DNA of 58,188 bases, counting the filler, from Platydemus manokwari (lineage: Eukaryota): the NCBI GenBank assembly GCA_037951405.1. It is 5 parts of 5 records of this genome, joined end to end, with 100 filler letters (N's around TTAATTAATTAA, not from the genome) between each part and the next. Parts side by side here need not be neighbours in the genome. Positions count along the whole stretch, not along the records: positions 23,995 to 34,686 come from JBBMOY011112776.1; positions 34,787 to 46,408 come from JBBMOY010562218.1; 3 more parts are not named here. One strand, 5' to 3'. Position numbers and translations under genes: made by a program. Positions 26,968 through 40,496 of this stretch are shown here, one piece after another (the first letter of the stretch is position 1; each line of letters begins with the position of its first letter). The notes under the pieces are model-generated. The model saw nothing but the letters and a program-made list of their open reading frames with translations, was not told where the DNA came from and did not search any database.

Positions 26968-27964
26968 GTAATAATAATTTATTTGCATACTAATGTTTAA
27001 TTATAAGTAGATAATCTTCTAATTATGTATATATTTTTAAATTTATTATTTAAGTTCAATAATATTTTTGTTAGTAAATTAAAATGAATAACTATGAATT
27101 TATTTTAATTAATTCTAGAATAAATTTAAAATATAAAATCAAATTTTTGCTTATTAAATTGAATGTAAATAACCATTATAAAGATTGTTAATGCATTAAT
27201 TGGTCGTTGTTTAAACATACCAATTACTAAAATGGCTGATACAAATTTGCTAGATAAATGCAACTCAATGCAGCTTATTTTATGACAGGTGAATTTTAAA
27301 TCTTTTTTATTAATGTCTTGACAGTTAATTAATTAAAGCATAAAAAGTCTTACGCATGATTCACGAATTTTTGATTTTTTTGTAATAATACATCAAAAAT
27401 AAATAATTTTGATTTGTTAATTTCAACAGAATTTATTCATTTGATAAAATTATTTTTTCAAAATTTGGTTGGTTTACATTCTAAACATATTAAATTAGTG
27501 AAAAACATTCAGTTAAATTCCCCTTGTGTGGTTTACAGTTAAAAGTTTCTTATTTTCGAATTTTTTTGCAGCAAGTATTTTTACAACTCTTGGAAAATTA
27601 CGAATTACTTAACTACATTTTTAAATACGTAAATTTTAATTTATGAAAGCGAACACCTCAAAGTCAAATGATAACGATTTCGGTGAAAAATCATTATTTT
27701 ATCCAACTCTTGTGATAATTATCATTTTTGACATTTGTTTAACCTATATATCAAATTAACATTTATGTTGATTTAATTAAAGTTATTTAACTTATTAATA
27801 ATATAAATATATAAAATTAATCTAAACAACTGATAGACTGAATTCTAATTAACATTCATTTGAAATAAATAGAGAATTGAGGAGTATAATTTTGTAATTC
27901 AAGAAGAAAAACTGCTTTAATTATCTTTGGATAAAGAAATGAATTAATTGTATTATTTCAGTAA

Positions 27965-28970
27965 GTAGAATCCCCCTCCCGTCAAATGCAAGACGCCTGA
28001 GTTACTGTTACTACTAACAGTCATGAATAATTCACCTATTTAGAATTACTTACGCATCAATAGTTCGAATTGGTGAATACCGCGCTTTGTATATCCAATG
28101 CAACTATCAGAATCGACCTCAGCTTTTTTTCAGTTCTGTTTTAACAAAAGCCACCATCATCGCTTTACCATCACCTAGCCCAGAAAATATTTCCACTCTA
28201 TCTCATAAATAATCGCTCATTGAAGCCATCTGCCACCCCAAATTAAAAAAAATATTTCACTTACGATCTCATATTTCTATTCTCACTACCCTCCTCTTCT
28301 TTAGTGTATACATGGTTGATTGGAAACTTGTTCAATTCGCTTCTAATTAGTGTTGAAGAATAGTGGATACAAGTCACGCTATTGAAAAATGTTTTAGACG
28401 ATCATTGCCCATCGCCCCGGTTTGCTAACGAAGCGACTGTGATTATCTAATCTCTTCCAAAACTGGCCGGATATTGAGAAGTCCACATTGCCTTAAAGAT
28501 AACGAATTCACCACTGCCCCGTATTCCTCTCTTGTGCACATAATCCCCAGAGGCGCATGCAAACAAAGAACTCCCTGTTGGTTGACTGTGTGTTTAAAAT
28601 TATTCTAATGCAATGTAGTTGCAATAAATCTATCGTCCTGTCAATAATATAATGATGAGCTAACACTTGATTTCCGCCTATTCTAGTTCTCAGTGAATTT
28701 TTTTCGAAATTAATTGCAACAATGCGACACAATATTGGGTTGAAATTTCCCTTGAGAGTTCATTTAGTAGGTGCGGGATTTGTCTTTAATTTTTGGCTAA
28801 AATGATTAATGGATTCATTAAAACAAGTTGCGTGCATATGAATGAGTGATTCGAATACAGTGTCTGATTGTTTTCTCAAATTTGTTCTTATGAGTTATTT
28901 CTATGGTCTCTTTCTCTAACAGTTGGGGAGGAGAGAACTATAAATTGATTCTCCCTGTCAAATGCAGGAT
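27965..28970 (-). mobile_element. Probable decayed Mutator-like (MULE) transposon in the Sox intron
   Basis: GC-richer block. Minus-strand remnants VFESLIHMHATCF..HFSQKL and FEKNSL..DRTIDLL..ALE*F..QPT loosely resemble MULE CxFHxxQ and RTxNxxExxH regions; imperfect direct repeat with core GTCAAATGCA near both ends (~27970, ~28950). Confidence 0.35.
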
Positions 28971-29307
28971 AGATGTTTGTCGGAAATTTTGTGTGGAAAG
29001 AAATTGTTTTCAAAGTTTAGAGATGTGTGTGTGTGTGAAATAAGTAATGAAGATAATACCCAGTAATTAGTACTGGCGACAGAATATAATTATCTTATTC
29101 AAATTGTGGTAGTTATGCCGGATTTGCATTGTGTTATTAGTTAGAAACAGTAGATTTCTGTCAATAGATCAATGTGATGCTTTTTTATTTCTCTTTGTTT
29201 TCTTTGTTTCGAATAACTTCTTCTATGTAAGTCAACAGTGGTTTTTCTAGATAATACTTTTTTTTTTTCAAAATTTTATAACTGATATTAATTTTCATTT
29301 AATTCAG

Positions 29308-30102
29308 ATATTCTCCAGGCATATCCGTCGCAATATCCTGTCAGTGTTTCCGGATGCATCTAATTCCCAGTTAAGTAAAGAATTGGGTATTTTATGGCGG
29401 AAGATTACCGGAGATATAAAATCACTTTATGAAGAAGAAGCAAAAAGATTAGCACAATTGCACGCTCTTGAATTTCCCGATTATAAGTATCAGCCAAAAA
29501 AACGCGTTCGTCGATTTGGAAGAGCAATGTTCGAAAGACAACCCTGTGTGACAGAAAGATCCAATTCCACAAGTGGAACTGATGAAGAAAACCTTAAGGA
29601 TAATGGTAGTGTACAGGATAGTCGAAGATCTAGTGATATTGAGAACCAATATATTAGATATTCTGTCACTGGTAAAAATATTGTTAAAAGAGAATGTCAA
29701 TCTTTCAACAGTCCTCTCAAAAATGAGAATCTAAAAATGGAAAGTCAGGAACACAATTACATTATCAGTCAACCACAATCAATTCCTAAACCACTGAATG
29801 TCCGTATAACAAATTACAATGAAAATAGTATCTTTCTAAGACAACAAAGAATCCCATCCAGTAACACTATGTACTTACTTCCGTCAGAAAATTTAGTAAT
29901 TAGTAGCGGAGCTGAGTTGGGTGAGGATTATTGTAGAGAGTTGTATATAATTAATGATTTTTTACCAGAAAATGTTAACTTAGATGATGAAATTGATATA
30001 ACAGGCAATATTTTTAGCAATGAATTAGATTTAGAATGGCCTGAGATCGATGAAAATTACAAACAAGATCTACCAAACCTTAATTCCTTATTTCATAACT
30101 AG
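29308..30102 (+). CDS. Divergent Sox-family HMG-box transcription factor, exon 2 (spliced protein ~334 aa)
   Basis: TTCAG acceptor at 29303-29307. In-frame IFSRHIRRNILSVFPDASNSQLSKELGILWRKI..YEEEAKRLAQLHALEFPDYKYQPKKR completes the HMG box; acidic C-terminal tail. Confidence 0.92.
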   Translation: MFSRHIRRNILSVFPDASNSQLSKELGILWRKITGDIKSLYEEEAKRLAQLHALEFPDYKYQPKKRVRRFGRAMFERQPCVTERSNSTSGTDEENLKDNGSVQDSRRSSDIENQYIRYSVTGKNIVKRECQSFNSPLKNENLKMESQEHNYIISQPQSIPKPLNVRITNYNENSIFLRQQRIPSSNTMYLLPSENLVISSGAELGEDYCRELYIINDFLPENVNLDDEIDITGNIFSNELDLEWPEIDENYKQDLPNLNSLFHN

Positions 30103-31634
30103 CCCTGATTTATAAATCACAATTAAATTTTTTCTATTAAACAGTCTTTTACTTGTACATATAGTAATGGAATTTTTCTCTGACTTTTAAGATACCAGAG
30201 AGATATTGTAATAAGATTAAATTGTTGTTAGTGATTATTATTTTTAATAACATGTTGTAATAAATTGTTCTTTTCCAGTCAGCTTTTTATGAGATCATTT
30301 TTAGAATAATGAAGAAATTTTTCATTTGTGATAATCGGATGTGGAGATGAATTTGTTTTGAATGAATAAACGAGAAAAATAACACTAAATGTATTTATTC
30401 ATGATTAACACCGAAATTTTAAGACATCTTAAAACACGCAAGTCTAACAAAACGAAAATTGTTGAATTGGATTTTAAACTGAAGGCATTAGATAGAAAAT
30501 GATATCTAATGAAATTATGATCTCTAGGCAATCGAATATCCTGGACATTTGTTGTGATTTCTATTGTGTATATATAAAATAAATTTTATTATTTGCCTTA
30601 ATAAAGTTAATATTATAATTAATTCTGGAAGCGTCACATGGTGTTTGCTTTTCTTGTTCTCGATTAATTTTTAAGCTTCAGTATGATTTCAGATCACAGT
30701 TTAATGAAGGATAATATTTATCAAAATTAAAAAGAGATTCATATTTTTAGCATAATCATTGCATAATGTAACTAATAGAAAGTCATTTGGTTGTGATCAC
30801 ACAATATTTATGATATTTTTTGAAAAATAAACTTCATTAAATTAAAATATTTTTTTATTTCGAAATTGTTTCTCAAATGAAAGTGGTAATTCCCAACGAT
30901 AATAAGTGCCTGAGTGTATTGGTTATATTCGGCTGTGCTTGATTTGAGTATTATGGTATTTATCTGTAAATAATTATCGATAATTTCTCTCTTGATATAA
31001 AATGTCGCTTAAATTAGATTTATTGTCGAGTTTTTTCGATCTAAAATCTGTCTTGCTATTAATGTATTTTAATTTTAATATTAACAAGCAAATGAAAATA
31101 AGAGACTATTCAACGAGACTAATTTTTTCAAAACAAAATAAATAAAAATATCAAATAAAGAAATTAAAAGATTATGGAATGTGATGCATAAAATTGTATC
31201 AACTGGAATTAAAAAAATGTTAGAGGAGATTGACTATGGTTTTAAAACATTTGTACTACCAAATGGTACAAATCAATGTCATTTACTATGCAACGATTAG
31301 AAAGCATGAATAATAATATGTTCGATCTGACGAGCCAATTAATTTCAATTAATTTAACTTGGATCTATTTAAATATTTATTCAATTTTGATAAAATAGAG
31401 AAAATGATAATCGTATAAACCGCTTAAAATAATGTCTAGATTGGTTCTGTTATTGCATTAAGATGAATTTCCAATTTCCAGTAAAGTCGGACTGTTCGCA
31501 AAATTCATGTTTAAAATCAACAAGTATTTACACATCTTATTCTATTAATGCTATTTCTGCCATTTCTGAAGAACTGTTAGGCTACCTATGTATTTTCTGT
31601 GAAAATTACCCACCTTACCAAAAAAATCTGTCTG

Positions 31635-31648
31635 GTTGCCATGGAGAC
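31635..31648. promoter_or_regulatory. RFX X-box-like motif
   Basis: GTTGCCATGGAGAC fits GTYNCY-AT-RGNRAC; no target gene identified nearby. Confidence 0.35.
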
Positions 31649-34645
31649 GTAAAAATATTTTTGGATTCATGATTAATTTCTACCATGTGAAAATTAGATT
31701 TACCAATGAATATAGATAGCTCTTAATTAATTTGTTTGACATAAGTAAGAAATAATCCCACCAGACTTAGATATTTGGTATCAAATATTTACCATCAGTT
31801 CCAGAGAATACTTTGAAAACCCAAACTTATAATTTTTTGTAAATTTATTGTGCTCCTGGTGCAAATTTATTTCTTGACATTCTATTTAAATGTGAAATAA
31901 ATTGATGGACCTATTATTTTCAGAGAGATAATCTGATATTGAAGTAATGATTCTTGGTACTGATGGGATTTAATTCAAATCCTCATAATTTGAAATAATT
32001 AAGACGTAATTAAAGTGCAGTTTATTGAAAGTTTCTAAAAATAGGAATCATAAGATCACTTAATTTAATCATGCAAATCCTTACACAAACTATTGGGTAC
32101 CGTGGCCGACCAACAACCAAAATTCGATTAAAAATAAATATAAATATTTAACCCAAATAAGAGCAATCGCACTTCATTTCAGCACGTCTGATAGAAACGC
32201 TTAATTTATGAAAATCATTTGTTTGTAAATAAAGGAAGATAATAATAATATAATACAAGACCAATTAAATTTTAAGATTTTTAAATATTTATTTAATATT
32301 TGATATGATTTTTAAAAGCATGAATTTATTACAAAAACATTGATTATATCATAGAAATAAAACGGCATTCATATTTTAAAATTTTTTATCATTTATGATA
32401 TATTGTTCTTATTTGAATTTTTAAAAGAACTTAAAAACTTTATATATTCTATCATATTCTGTTGAAATATTTAATTTTGTGTTTGTTTTATCGTTATTGT
32501 TGGGTTTTTGGAACATTAACATCTGATTTTGTGCAGGAAATTTTTTATTATTGTACTAAGTGTATAGCAGCAGTGAATTTTATTATTAATAATATTTTCC
32601 ACTTTTATCTTCTGTTTATTCTGGACAAGTTCCTTTTAAGGTTAACAAAATCTAAATTGAATTTTTAAAGATAAATAATTTTGTAAATAGAAATAAAAGT
32701 CGTAAATTAAATATAATTAACCCTAAAAAATAATAACCCAAAATATTTGCATAGCAACTAAAAATTGCCCTCATTAAAAATACCCGTATGAAAAGAAATT
32801 ACCCTTATTTTTAAAATAAAAGAAGCTTGACTGGCAACAAGAATAAACCCCAAATAAAATGAATTTCTTTTATTAAATAATAAAGAACATCAATATTCAC
32901 CCATACAATGCGACGACAACCCACATTAAAAAGAAATTCGCCTGGATTAAAATGAAAAGAGCCCGCATTTTAATCGAAAATTTGCCTTAATAAAACCCCG
33001 TATAAATAGGCCCTTAAAATCAATAGACCTTGCCTTAATACCCATAAGAAACCACTTGCTTAGTGTTCCCGTAATCAACTATTAGAATTATTCTTTACCG
33101 AAAACAGTCAAGCCTAAGACAATTTCCCTGTTGCTAGTATATGGCCAGAATCATCTGGGAGATTAATTTAAATATTGAATTTCGAACTCTTCAATAGGAA
33201 GCTCGAAAATCTAGTAAGATAATTCCTGTAAAATCATCGAAAATTTACAACATCAACATCGTATATTCTTCCTATTTATAGGGTTAAACCTGAACATCTT
33301 GAGTAAAAGGTTTCACTCCTCTTGGGAGCATTGTTAACCGGAGCTTTTGTCCAGAATTGTGCTAAACCCTTATCGTTTTTGTGTATAAAAGTGTCGTTGT
33401 ATTTAATCATAAAAGTAGTAATTTATAACGCTCCTAATAGTATAAAAGTAGCCATTTTTATTTGTAATTTAGTAATAATAAAACTTAAACGAGTTGGCTT
33501 TTAAATTTGACAGGTGTCTTAAGGTTCATTTTATTAGTTTAGCAGAATCATTTCATTGTCAACTCACCACCTTTTTAGGAGGGTGTAAAGAGGCAATTAA
33601 TAACATTTAAAATAACAATTTTGAGACTGATAAAATTCAAAGCAATATCATTGAGCTGTTCATCCCGTCTTCATGCGAGGATTGACTCGATCAAGGTGAA
33701 GGAAGATCATAAGAAACAATAGGTTTAATTGATATCTAGGGTTATGAGAACTCCGTGAGATTGATAAGACTATGATATTACATAACCAAAACTCAAAAAA
33801 ATAAATAAAATAAAACATCAAAAACCCAACAACCTCAAAACCAATCATTATTCAAAAAATATTTTAGTGACAATTCGTTTTTGATTATGAAATCTTTCAT
33901 TTAATATATATTAGAAAAATATATAACAACAGAAACAGATGTATTAACGATAAAAGACTTGTGAGAAAAATAAAAATAGGTAAAATTACAAAATAAAATA
34001 AACAGAAAAAACAGACTAAAAGTAAAAATACAATTAAAGAACAAAGTATGGCATTAAATATCATATAAATACATGGGTGAATTCAGTAGAATAGCTATAA
34101 AAACCGGAGTAACACGAGACTAATATATTTGTCATACAATTTTGTCAACTCTTGAATATTTTTATCGGATCAATGAAAGATAACAGTAAATTTTTTGATA
34201 TCCAAAGAAAGGGAAAGCAATAATTGATGTTTGATTTAAAAGACGTTGATTATTAATTAAAGCACGAGTAAGTTTCAATATCCTCGAATCATGCTAATAT
34301 TCATTCAATAATCATTATAATAACACTTGCGATAGTACTTGCGACTCTCTGTAGACTAACATTAAGTAACCTTTTCGCAAATTGTTATTGATTGGGTAAA
34401 AATCTGTGAATAACAAGCACCATTATTTGTTCTTATTAAATAAATTTTTGTTATTGAATTGTGGCATTTAAATGTTTAAGAGAAAACTAATAATTACAGA
34501 TGTATTCTACAGAACTCACACTGTTGAATTTGAATAACAACCATAAAACGGCAAAATCGTCCAAGTATAAAACACAAAACAAATGAAGTTCATAAACATT
34601 AATAAATCACAAATATCAATTATGTGGAAGAGGATACTTCAGACT

Positions 34646-34683
<38 letters not shown>
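34646..34683. repeat. (CA)n(TA)n microsatellite at contig end
   Basis: Directly visible. Confidence 0.9.
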
Positions 34684-34686
34684 TGT

Positions 34687-34786
34687 NNNNNNNNNNNNNN
34701 NNNNNNNNNNNNNNNNNNNNNNNNNNNNNNTTAATTAATTAANNNNNNNNNNNNNNNNNNNNNNNNNNNNNNNNNNNNNNNNNNNN
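34687..34786. other. Artificial scaffold linker (100 nt)
   Basis: N-run/TTAATTAATTAA/N-run. Confidence 0.97.
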
Positions 34787-36399
34787 TAATAACAAAATAA
34801 TAATATTAATAATAATAATAATAATAATTTTAATTGTCTACACCAACTATAATTCCTGTAATTAAAATCAATTAATGGAATTTTTATTCATTTCCAATAT
34901 TTTCCAATAAATTTTTTCAATATTTTCATTCAGATCAATTCCTCTCCTATGGTTTCAATTAATTTCTTTTCACAAATCCATCTGGCTTAAGAGGTTTAAT
35001 CAAAATGAATTTAATATTCCTCTTTTCGTGCTTGAAGGATAATTTCTCACATTTTACTTTCTAATTAATTAGGAAAATGTTGTTTTAGCATAATAATACG
35101 GTTTCATCTTTATTCAAATTATTTGGATTTTGTGAATTTATAATTATTTTTCTCCGAGATTTTATCAGAGAAATTGGCTGATTCAATTTAAAATTTAGCC
35201 ACAACAAGTATGATTTATAAAGAAGTTTCTTGTTTATGTCAGTGTTATAACAATGATATTTCAAAAAAAAACATGGCATGGCGGTCAAATAAATTGTTAC
35301 TAAAATAAATGCGAAAATAATAACAATTTCAAGAACAAGACTAATGCTCATCTTTTGTTACAACAGATTCAAAATTTCAAGAAACTCATCTAATGATGAA
35401 CCTCATTAACAAACCAACAACCGGGAGACAAAACTGATTTTCTTGTCAATGTTATGAATATAATCAATGAGGGTTACTGCAAAATAGTTTGTATTGCTAT
35501 ATATTGGTGGGAAATGTCCGTTGAATCACTAGAAATTTAAAAATTTGCAGCATCAAAGTTAAGTGAAAATTCAATACTAATGAAGTGCCGTAAAATCTGA
35601 TCACTCGACTAACTGAGTTAAGGGTATTGATTCCTAATTGTTCCTAAGTAACATGCACCATGCTTAAAATTGTTAGCCTTTGTTCTTTGTTAAGCAAGAT
35701 TTATTACTAATTCTGTTGTTGTTATTCTTTCTAATCTTTTATGCGAGGTGCTAGAAATTCCATTGTTTTTTATTATAAATATTAGAAATTACCTAACTCA
35801 TTTTCCATGTACTAAATCATTCTAATTCGAGTTATTATATTTCATGTTATTTCCTAATAATGCATAAAATAAAGAGTAATAAAAATGTAACAGCTATTTT
35901 ATTTATTTATGAAATTTCTTAATAGAAAAGTATTGCTTTATTGAGTGAAATATATCAAATTATTTTGTAAATGCAGCTTGTCTCAGACTATTTTGAAGAC
36001 ATTGTCCGTAAACTAATAAATTACTTATTTATTGATGATCAAGAAATCACACATGATCAATATCAATATCTTAATTAGGCCTTTGGACTGTTCAATTTAC
36101 TCGTATATGCACATATCTTCGTCTGTAGTCGTAATACTGCACTTACTGAAATATTTTTGGATGTATTTAGCCAGTGTTACTTATTATTAGCATAGCTAGG
36201 TAAGCTCGTCATAGATCAAATGAACGAAAAATATCAATAAAATTTTTAAAGAAAGAAGACGGAGAGCTTTAAGATGTATCTTAAAGAAACAGTCGAAAGA
36301 ATAATCTTTAGAATCAGTCGTGTAAAGAGTAACTCAAAACTGGTAGACATCCACAAAAATTCAATCGGTTTTCAGTGATTCTGAACAAATTATGAAGTT

Positions 36400-38700
36400 C
36401 CTCCCATTCAAGAAGCACATATTGTAAACAAAAACATATATCTCGGTAATGACACACTCGAGCTAAACAATTTCAAAAACTAACATCCCAAAGTCCTTGA
36501 TCCGAATGGGAGACTCTTCACTGTTTTCTATGATCAGGTCATGAAGAACAAAACACTCCACCCGGTCAATAATATTTCAGAAAATAATTAAAACTCAAAC
36601 TAAACGAGTCTAATTATAAGTAGATCTCGATTTAGAATCCAATTTCTCGTTCAACAGTAGCTATGATGTATTTACAGCAATCTTGAATGATAAACTGCTT
36701 CAATGGACATGTCTCTTCAAAATCCTACATTCATTTTATAAAAGAGGCCTTGAATTTAAAGATTATAATCCTGAATGCCATGTATAAAGATCAGTATACT
36801 ACTTTAACTAAACAAAAATCTTAAGCAATCATTTGTTTTGACATCACAATTGACTTTAAAAACTTGCCATGTAGTAGCGAATGACTGACAATCAGGTCTC
36901 AGCTACAATTGATATTATTTTGGTTCTGAGAATGCGGTTAAATAAGGACTGACGGAACAGGTGTTGCGGGTCTATTTGCCTCCAGTCTTTATAGGTTAAT
37001 CCGTCGTTTCCTAGTGCGGACTTGGAGAGTTTGTCAAAAGTGTTTTGGATTTCTCCAAGCGTAATTTCTTTAATATTGGAGTTGTCTTCGAACCTTGGTA
37101 GAGTTGGATTGAATGTCTATGGGAGCCGAGCTGATATCGGTTTGGTGTAGTGTGAGATGATGTCGTTAAGTGTCAAAGTTGCAGTTGGGTTTGAAGAAGG
37201 TAGTATGCTTCTTATTGTTTTCTTTGGTTCGGTGAGGAATTGTGATCTGATTTTGAAGTCCGAAGATGATTCGTCTATGAAGTGAATTACAGACGGTTTG
37301 ACCATCTTTTTTGGTGCAAATCTTGTTGGATCTTTAGCTGACATTGATGTCCTTGCAATAGTTAACATTTGAGTCAGATTAGCGTCGTTTGATTCGTTCA
37401 GCTTGATTGCCTCAATCATCATGGGACTCATTTGAAGCGTAATGTCTTGGCCTGTCTGTACAGTTAGTATTAGGAAAGTAGAATCTCAGAGATAATCTTT
37501 TTTATGTCGGTTCTGAGATGCGGTAGTACTGGAGTGTGAAAAACTGGTGAGTTCTTGGCGTAATCTATCATTTGCTGTATGACAAAAAGTCCGCAATCGG
37601 AAGAGTTGAGTTGGAGAGGTAAGTCCTGTAATATAGATTGCTTAGAGTCATGGTTTCTTCAAGCGCTTGGAGGTTTCGGAGTAGGTTGTCGAGTTTGTTC
37701 TATAGGCATTTTTGTTCCGCAGATAAGTTTTTTAGTCATTTTTCAGGATGGCGATGGCTGGTTGTGGCTTGATGAAGATGTTGGTTGACTTGTCAGGTAT
37801 TTAGTTGGATAGATATGCCTCGATTGCTGGACTCAGCAGTCATTGGGAAGTTAGATCTTCACTCGTAAGTGGAATAGTGTCAATACTGGTGGTGTCGTTC
37901 TAATTCTGTGGAGAGTGGTGGTCAATGTGATATTTGACGCCGGTGGCTGAAACAATGTATACACAGTAACATTGTACGGCAAATTCTGAGTGGAGAGCAG
38001 TGTTGTGTGTCTGATTAAAATATTTCGGAACTATGGTTGCGTTCGTGAATGGGAAACGATACTTTTTCGAACACATTGCATTTAGCATTTTTATCATCAA
38101 TCAGGGTCATGTAGGCAGGTGCATGACTTGCTTCTCCATACAATTTTGATAAGTATTGATTGAGTTTTATTTGTCCTTGGTGATTGCCTGTTTGAGGGCT
38201 GCTTGTAGTTGGTTGGTTTTCTGTTGTATTTGTTTCTTCTTGTGAGTCAGACACCATGTAAAAAGATGTCATTTATCCGTCCGTGGTTTGTGTCAGGATG
38301 ATATCATCTATGTCGTGGTCGATTTGGAGTGAATCGAGAATTTCAGGTTGATTGTCTTGGTGATGTTGAGATATTCTGCTTGTCTTGAGTTCAGTTAAAA
38401 TTTGAGGTGATTCGATTTCTTCTGTAGTAACGGTGATTATGTGTTGGTCATTTTGGTTATTTGCATTTTCATGATTATTGCTCCTTGGATGTGGTTTGGT
38501 CGGTAGAAAGAGTTTGTTGAATTTATTCCATGACGTCTGGATTATCTGTAGTCTTCCTTGTGCAATTTGGAGGCATGTGTTGCAAGAGCATGTGAGGAGT
38601 GCACAGATATGTAGTAGTTGGTGTGCCCGGTCTTCAATGGCTGGACGAAATTTGATTTCACAAGGTTTGTTTGGCGTGGTCGCCAGTTAAGTTATAAGCA
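36400..38700 (-). mobile_element. Decayed non-LTR retrotransposon, NeSL/R2-like group
   Basis: Long, nearly open minus-strand frame with scattered stops. RT domain-0 remnant EITLGEIQNTFDKLSKSALGNDGLTYKDWRQIDP..LFNRIL (~36930-37075; cf. SAPGPDGxxYxxWxxxDP..IFN); weaker GxxQGCPL-like remnant ~36690-36725; upstream FPIHERNH..QCYCVY resembles a Ulp1-type protease. Confidence 0.75.
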
Positions 38701-39653
38701 CATTCCGTCATAATATTTATTTGAAAAACTACAATCAACCGCCAATCCATTATTTAAACAAACACCACGTGTTTATTTATTTAATCACGTTACTACTTAT
38801 ATTCACTGTTTAATAATCAAATAAATTCATTTTCACCACAGGACTTTGACAAAAGAATAGCTCTTAAAAGAACGTTTTTGAAGAAGGACACTAATTTACT
38901 ATATAAGCTATCTGAATAAAGTTCCTAATAAAAATTCTTATTCAATTATTCATTTTTTCAGAATTAAAATGATAATAAATTACAATATAATTTAAATAAC
39001 TATTGAAAAATAAATTTTCTTAAGATTTCTATATCAATAATATTTAACATTATAAAAATATAATTTAAAATTATGTTTCAATAAAATTAAAAATCTAAAA
39101 GTTACCTTTAATTTAATCGAAGTTTATCATCTATATGTCATCTGTAATTAAATAAACTTTTTGTTCCCTGCCATGTGAAAATTATTATATTACATCATGT
39201 GCTTATTTATGACTTCCTTTGTGTGATATCATATATTGGCAGCTTTGTTTACATCACTTAGAGTCCTGGATATTGATTTAATTTTTATTCGATAAATTTC
39301 AAATCTATGATTTTAACATAGTTTTAAAAGGTATCAATTTTTAATTTGAGAAATAGAAGCAACTTCATTTATAATTTGGAAACTTCTGACAATAATTATT
39401 ACAGAATATTTTGATTTCAATAATATGCGCCGACATTGAAAGAGTTTTAAAATTATTTAAAAGTTTGCATTCGTGGATTTTGCGTGATTCAATAAGAATG
39501 AAGAAAACATTAAAAGTGCAGATTTTGAAAGATAAAAGTGCTTTAATAATGTTGTTATGAAATATCGTTATGAGATGAAAGTCCAACTGGTGCACAGATA
39601 TAGTGATGTATTGCTTATGTAAAACATGAAAATGTGTGCACTGTTTTCGATAA

Positions 39654-40496
39654 ATGGAAATCATTTATGAAATAGTTTTTGTAATTATCATTGTTATTTG
39701 TTAGAAAATAGTGCAAAAGAAAGAAATAACCACCTGGACCGTTTGGTTGACCATTTTTTGGAAATAAACATTTTTTCATTATGCAGTTATTATTTTCACG
39801 TTGAAAAGCTAAGCTTTAATCCAAGAATGATAATCATAATCCAAATATGTGTTTAATAATTTTTGGCGATATCGATATCAAGATAATCCAAACATGGATT
39901 ACAATGAAAGATTTCAACATATATCTCTTAAGATATTTCTTGGAATAGATACCTCTGTCAATCTCACTTAATTTAGCTTTTCGATTAAGAAAAGAAATAC
40001 ATTCCTTTTTCGATTATAATAAATGTATTAATTTTGAAATGAGAAAAAGTTGTCCAAAGATTCTTTCTTTCATTGATGAAGTTCAACGATTTTGTATTTT
40101 AATTTTACGATTGAATCGTCAATTATGAATTGTTAGATAAGAAATTATGAAGTCAAATCTACAGACAGACTTTTAATTGATTTCAATGCCACTATGAAAG
40201 ATGAGAAACTTTTTAAAAATCCAGAAATTTTCGATTTTCACAGATTTCTTGATGAATCAGGTTCGATATATATTCCACGTCGAGCTGTTATTCCGTAAGG
40301 ACTTGGAAAACAGGTGTGTCTGTGTGGAAATATAGCTGCGGTGTAACTCTTTCTTTATCTATCCAAAATTATTTATAGATTTCACATTTCATTACCGACC
40401 GAAACGAATAAAAATTTCAATGTGATATTAGATGGAAAAATCAAAATTATTCATGCTTTATTGGAGCATGATATCGTTTATCGAATGTGACATCTA
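39654..40496 (+). pseudogene. Cytochrome P450 pseudogene, tandem paralog of 43970-45496
   Basis: Clear nucleotide similarity to the intact gene (e.g. TTTGAAATGAGAAAAAGTTGTCCAAAGATTCTTTCTTTCATTGATGAAGTTCAACGAT). PPGP, EVQR and heme regions (IP*GLGKQVC) carry stops/frameshifts; ~0.6 kb internal deletion. Confidence 0.93.

Noticed and set aside
35085-35351. 88-aa ORF with hydrophobic N-terminus
   Set aside because: No recognisable domain or consistent splice structure; expected by chance in AT-rich DNA.
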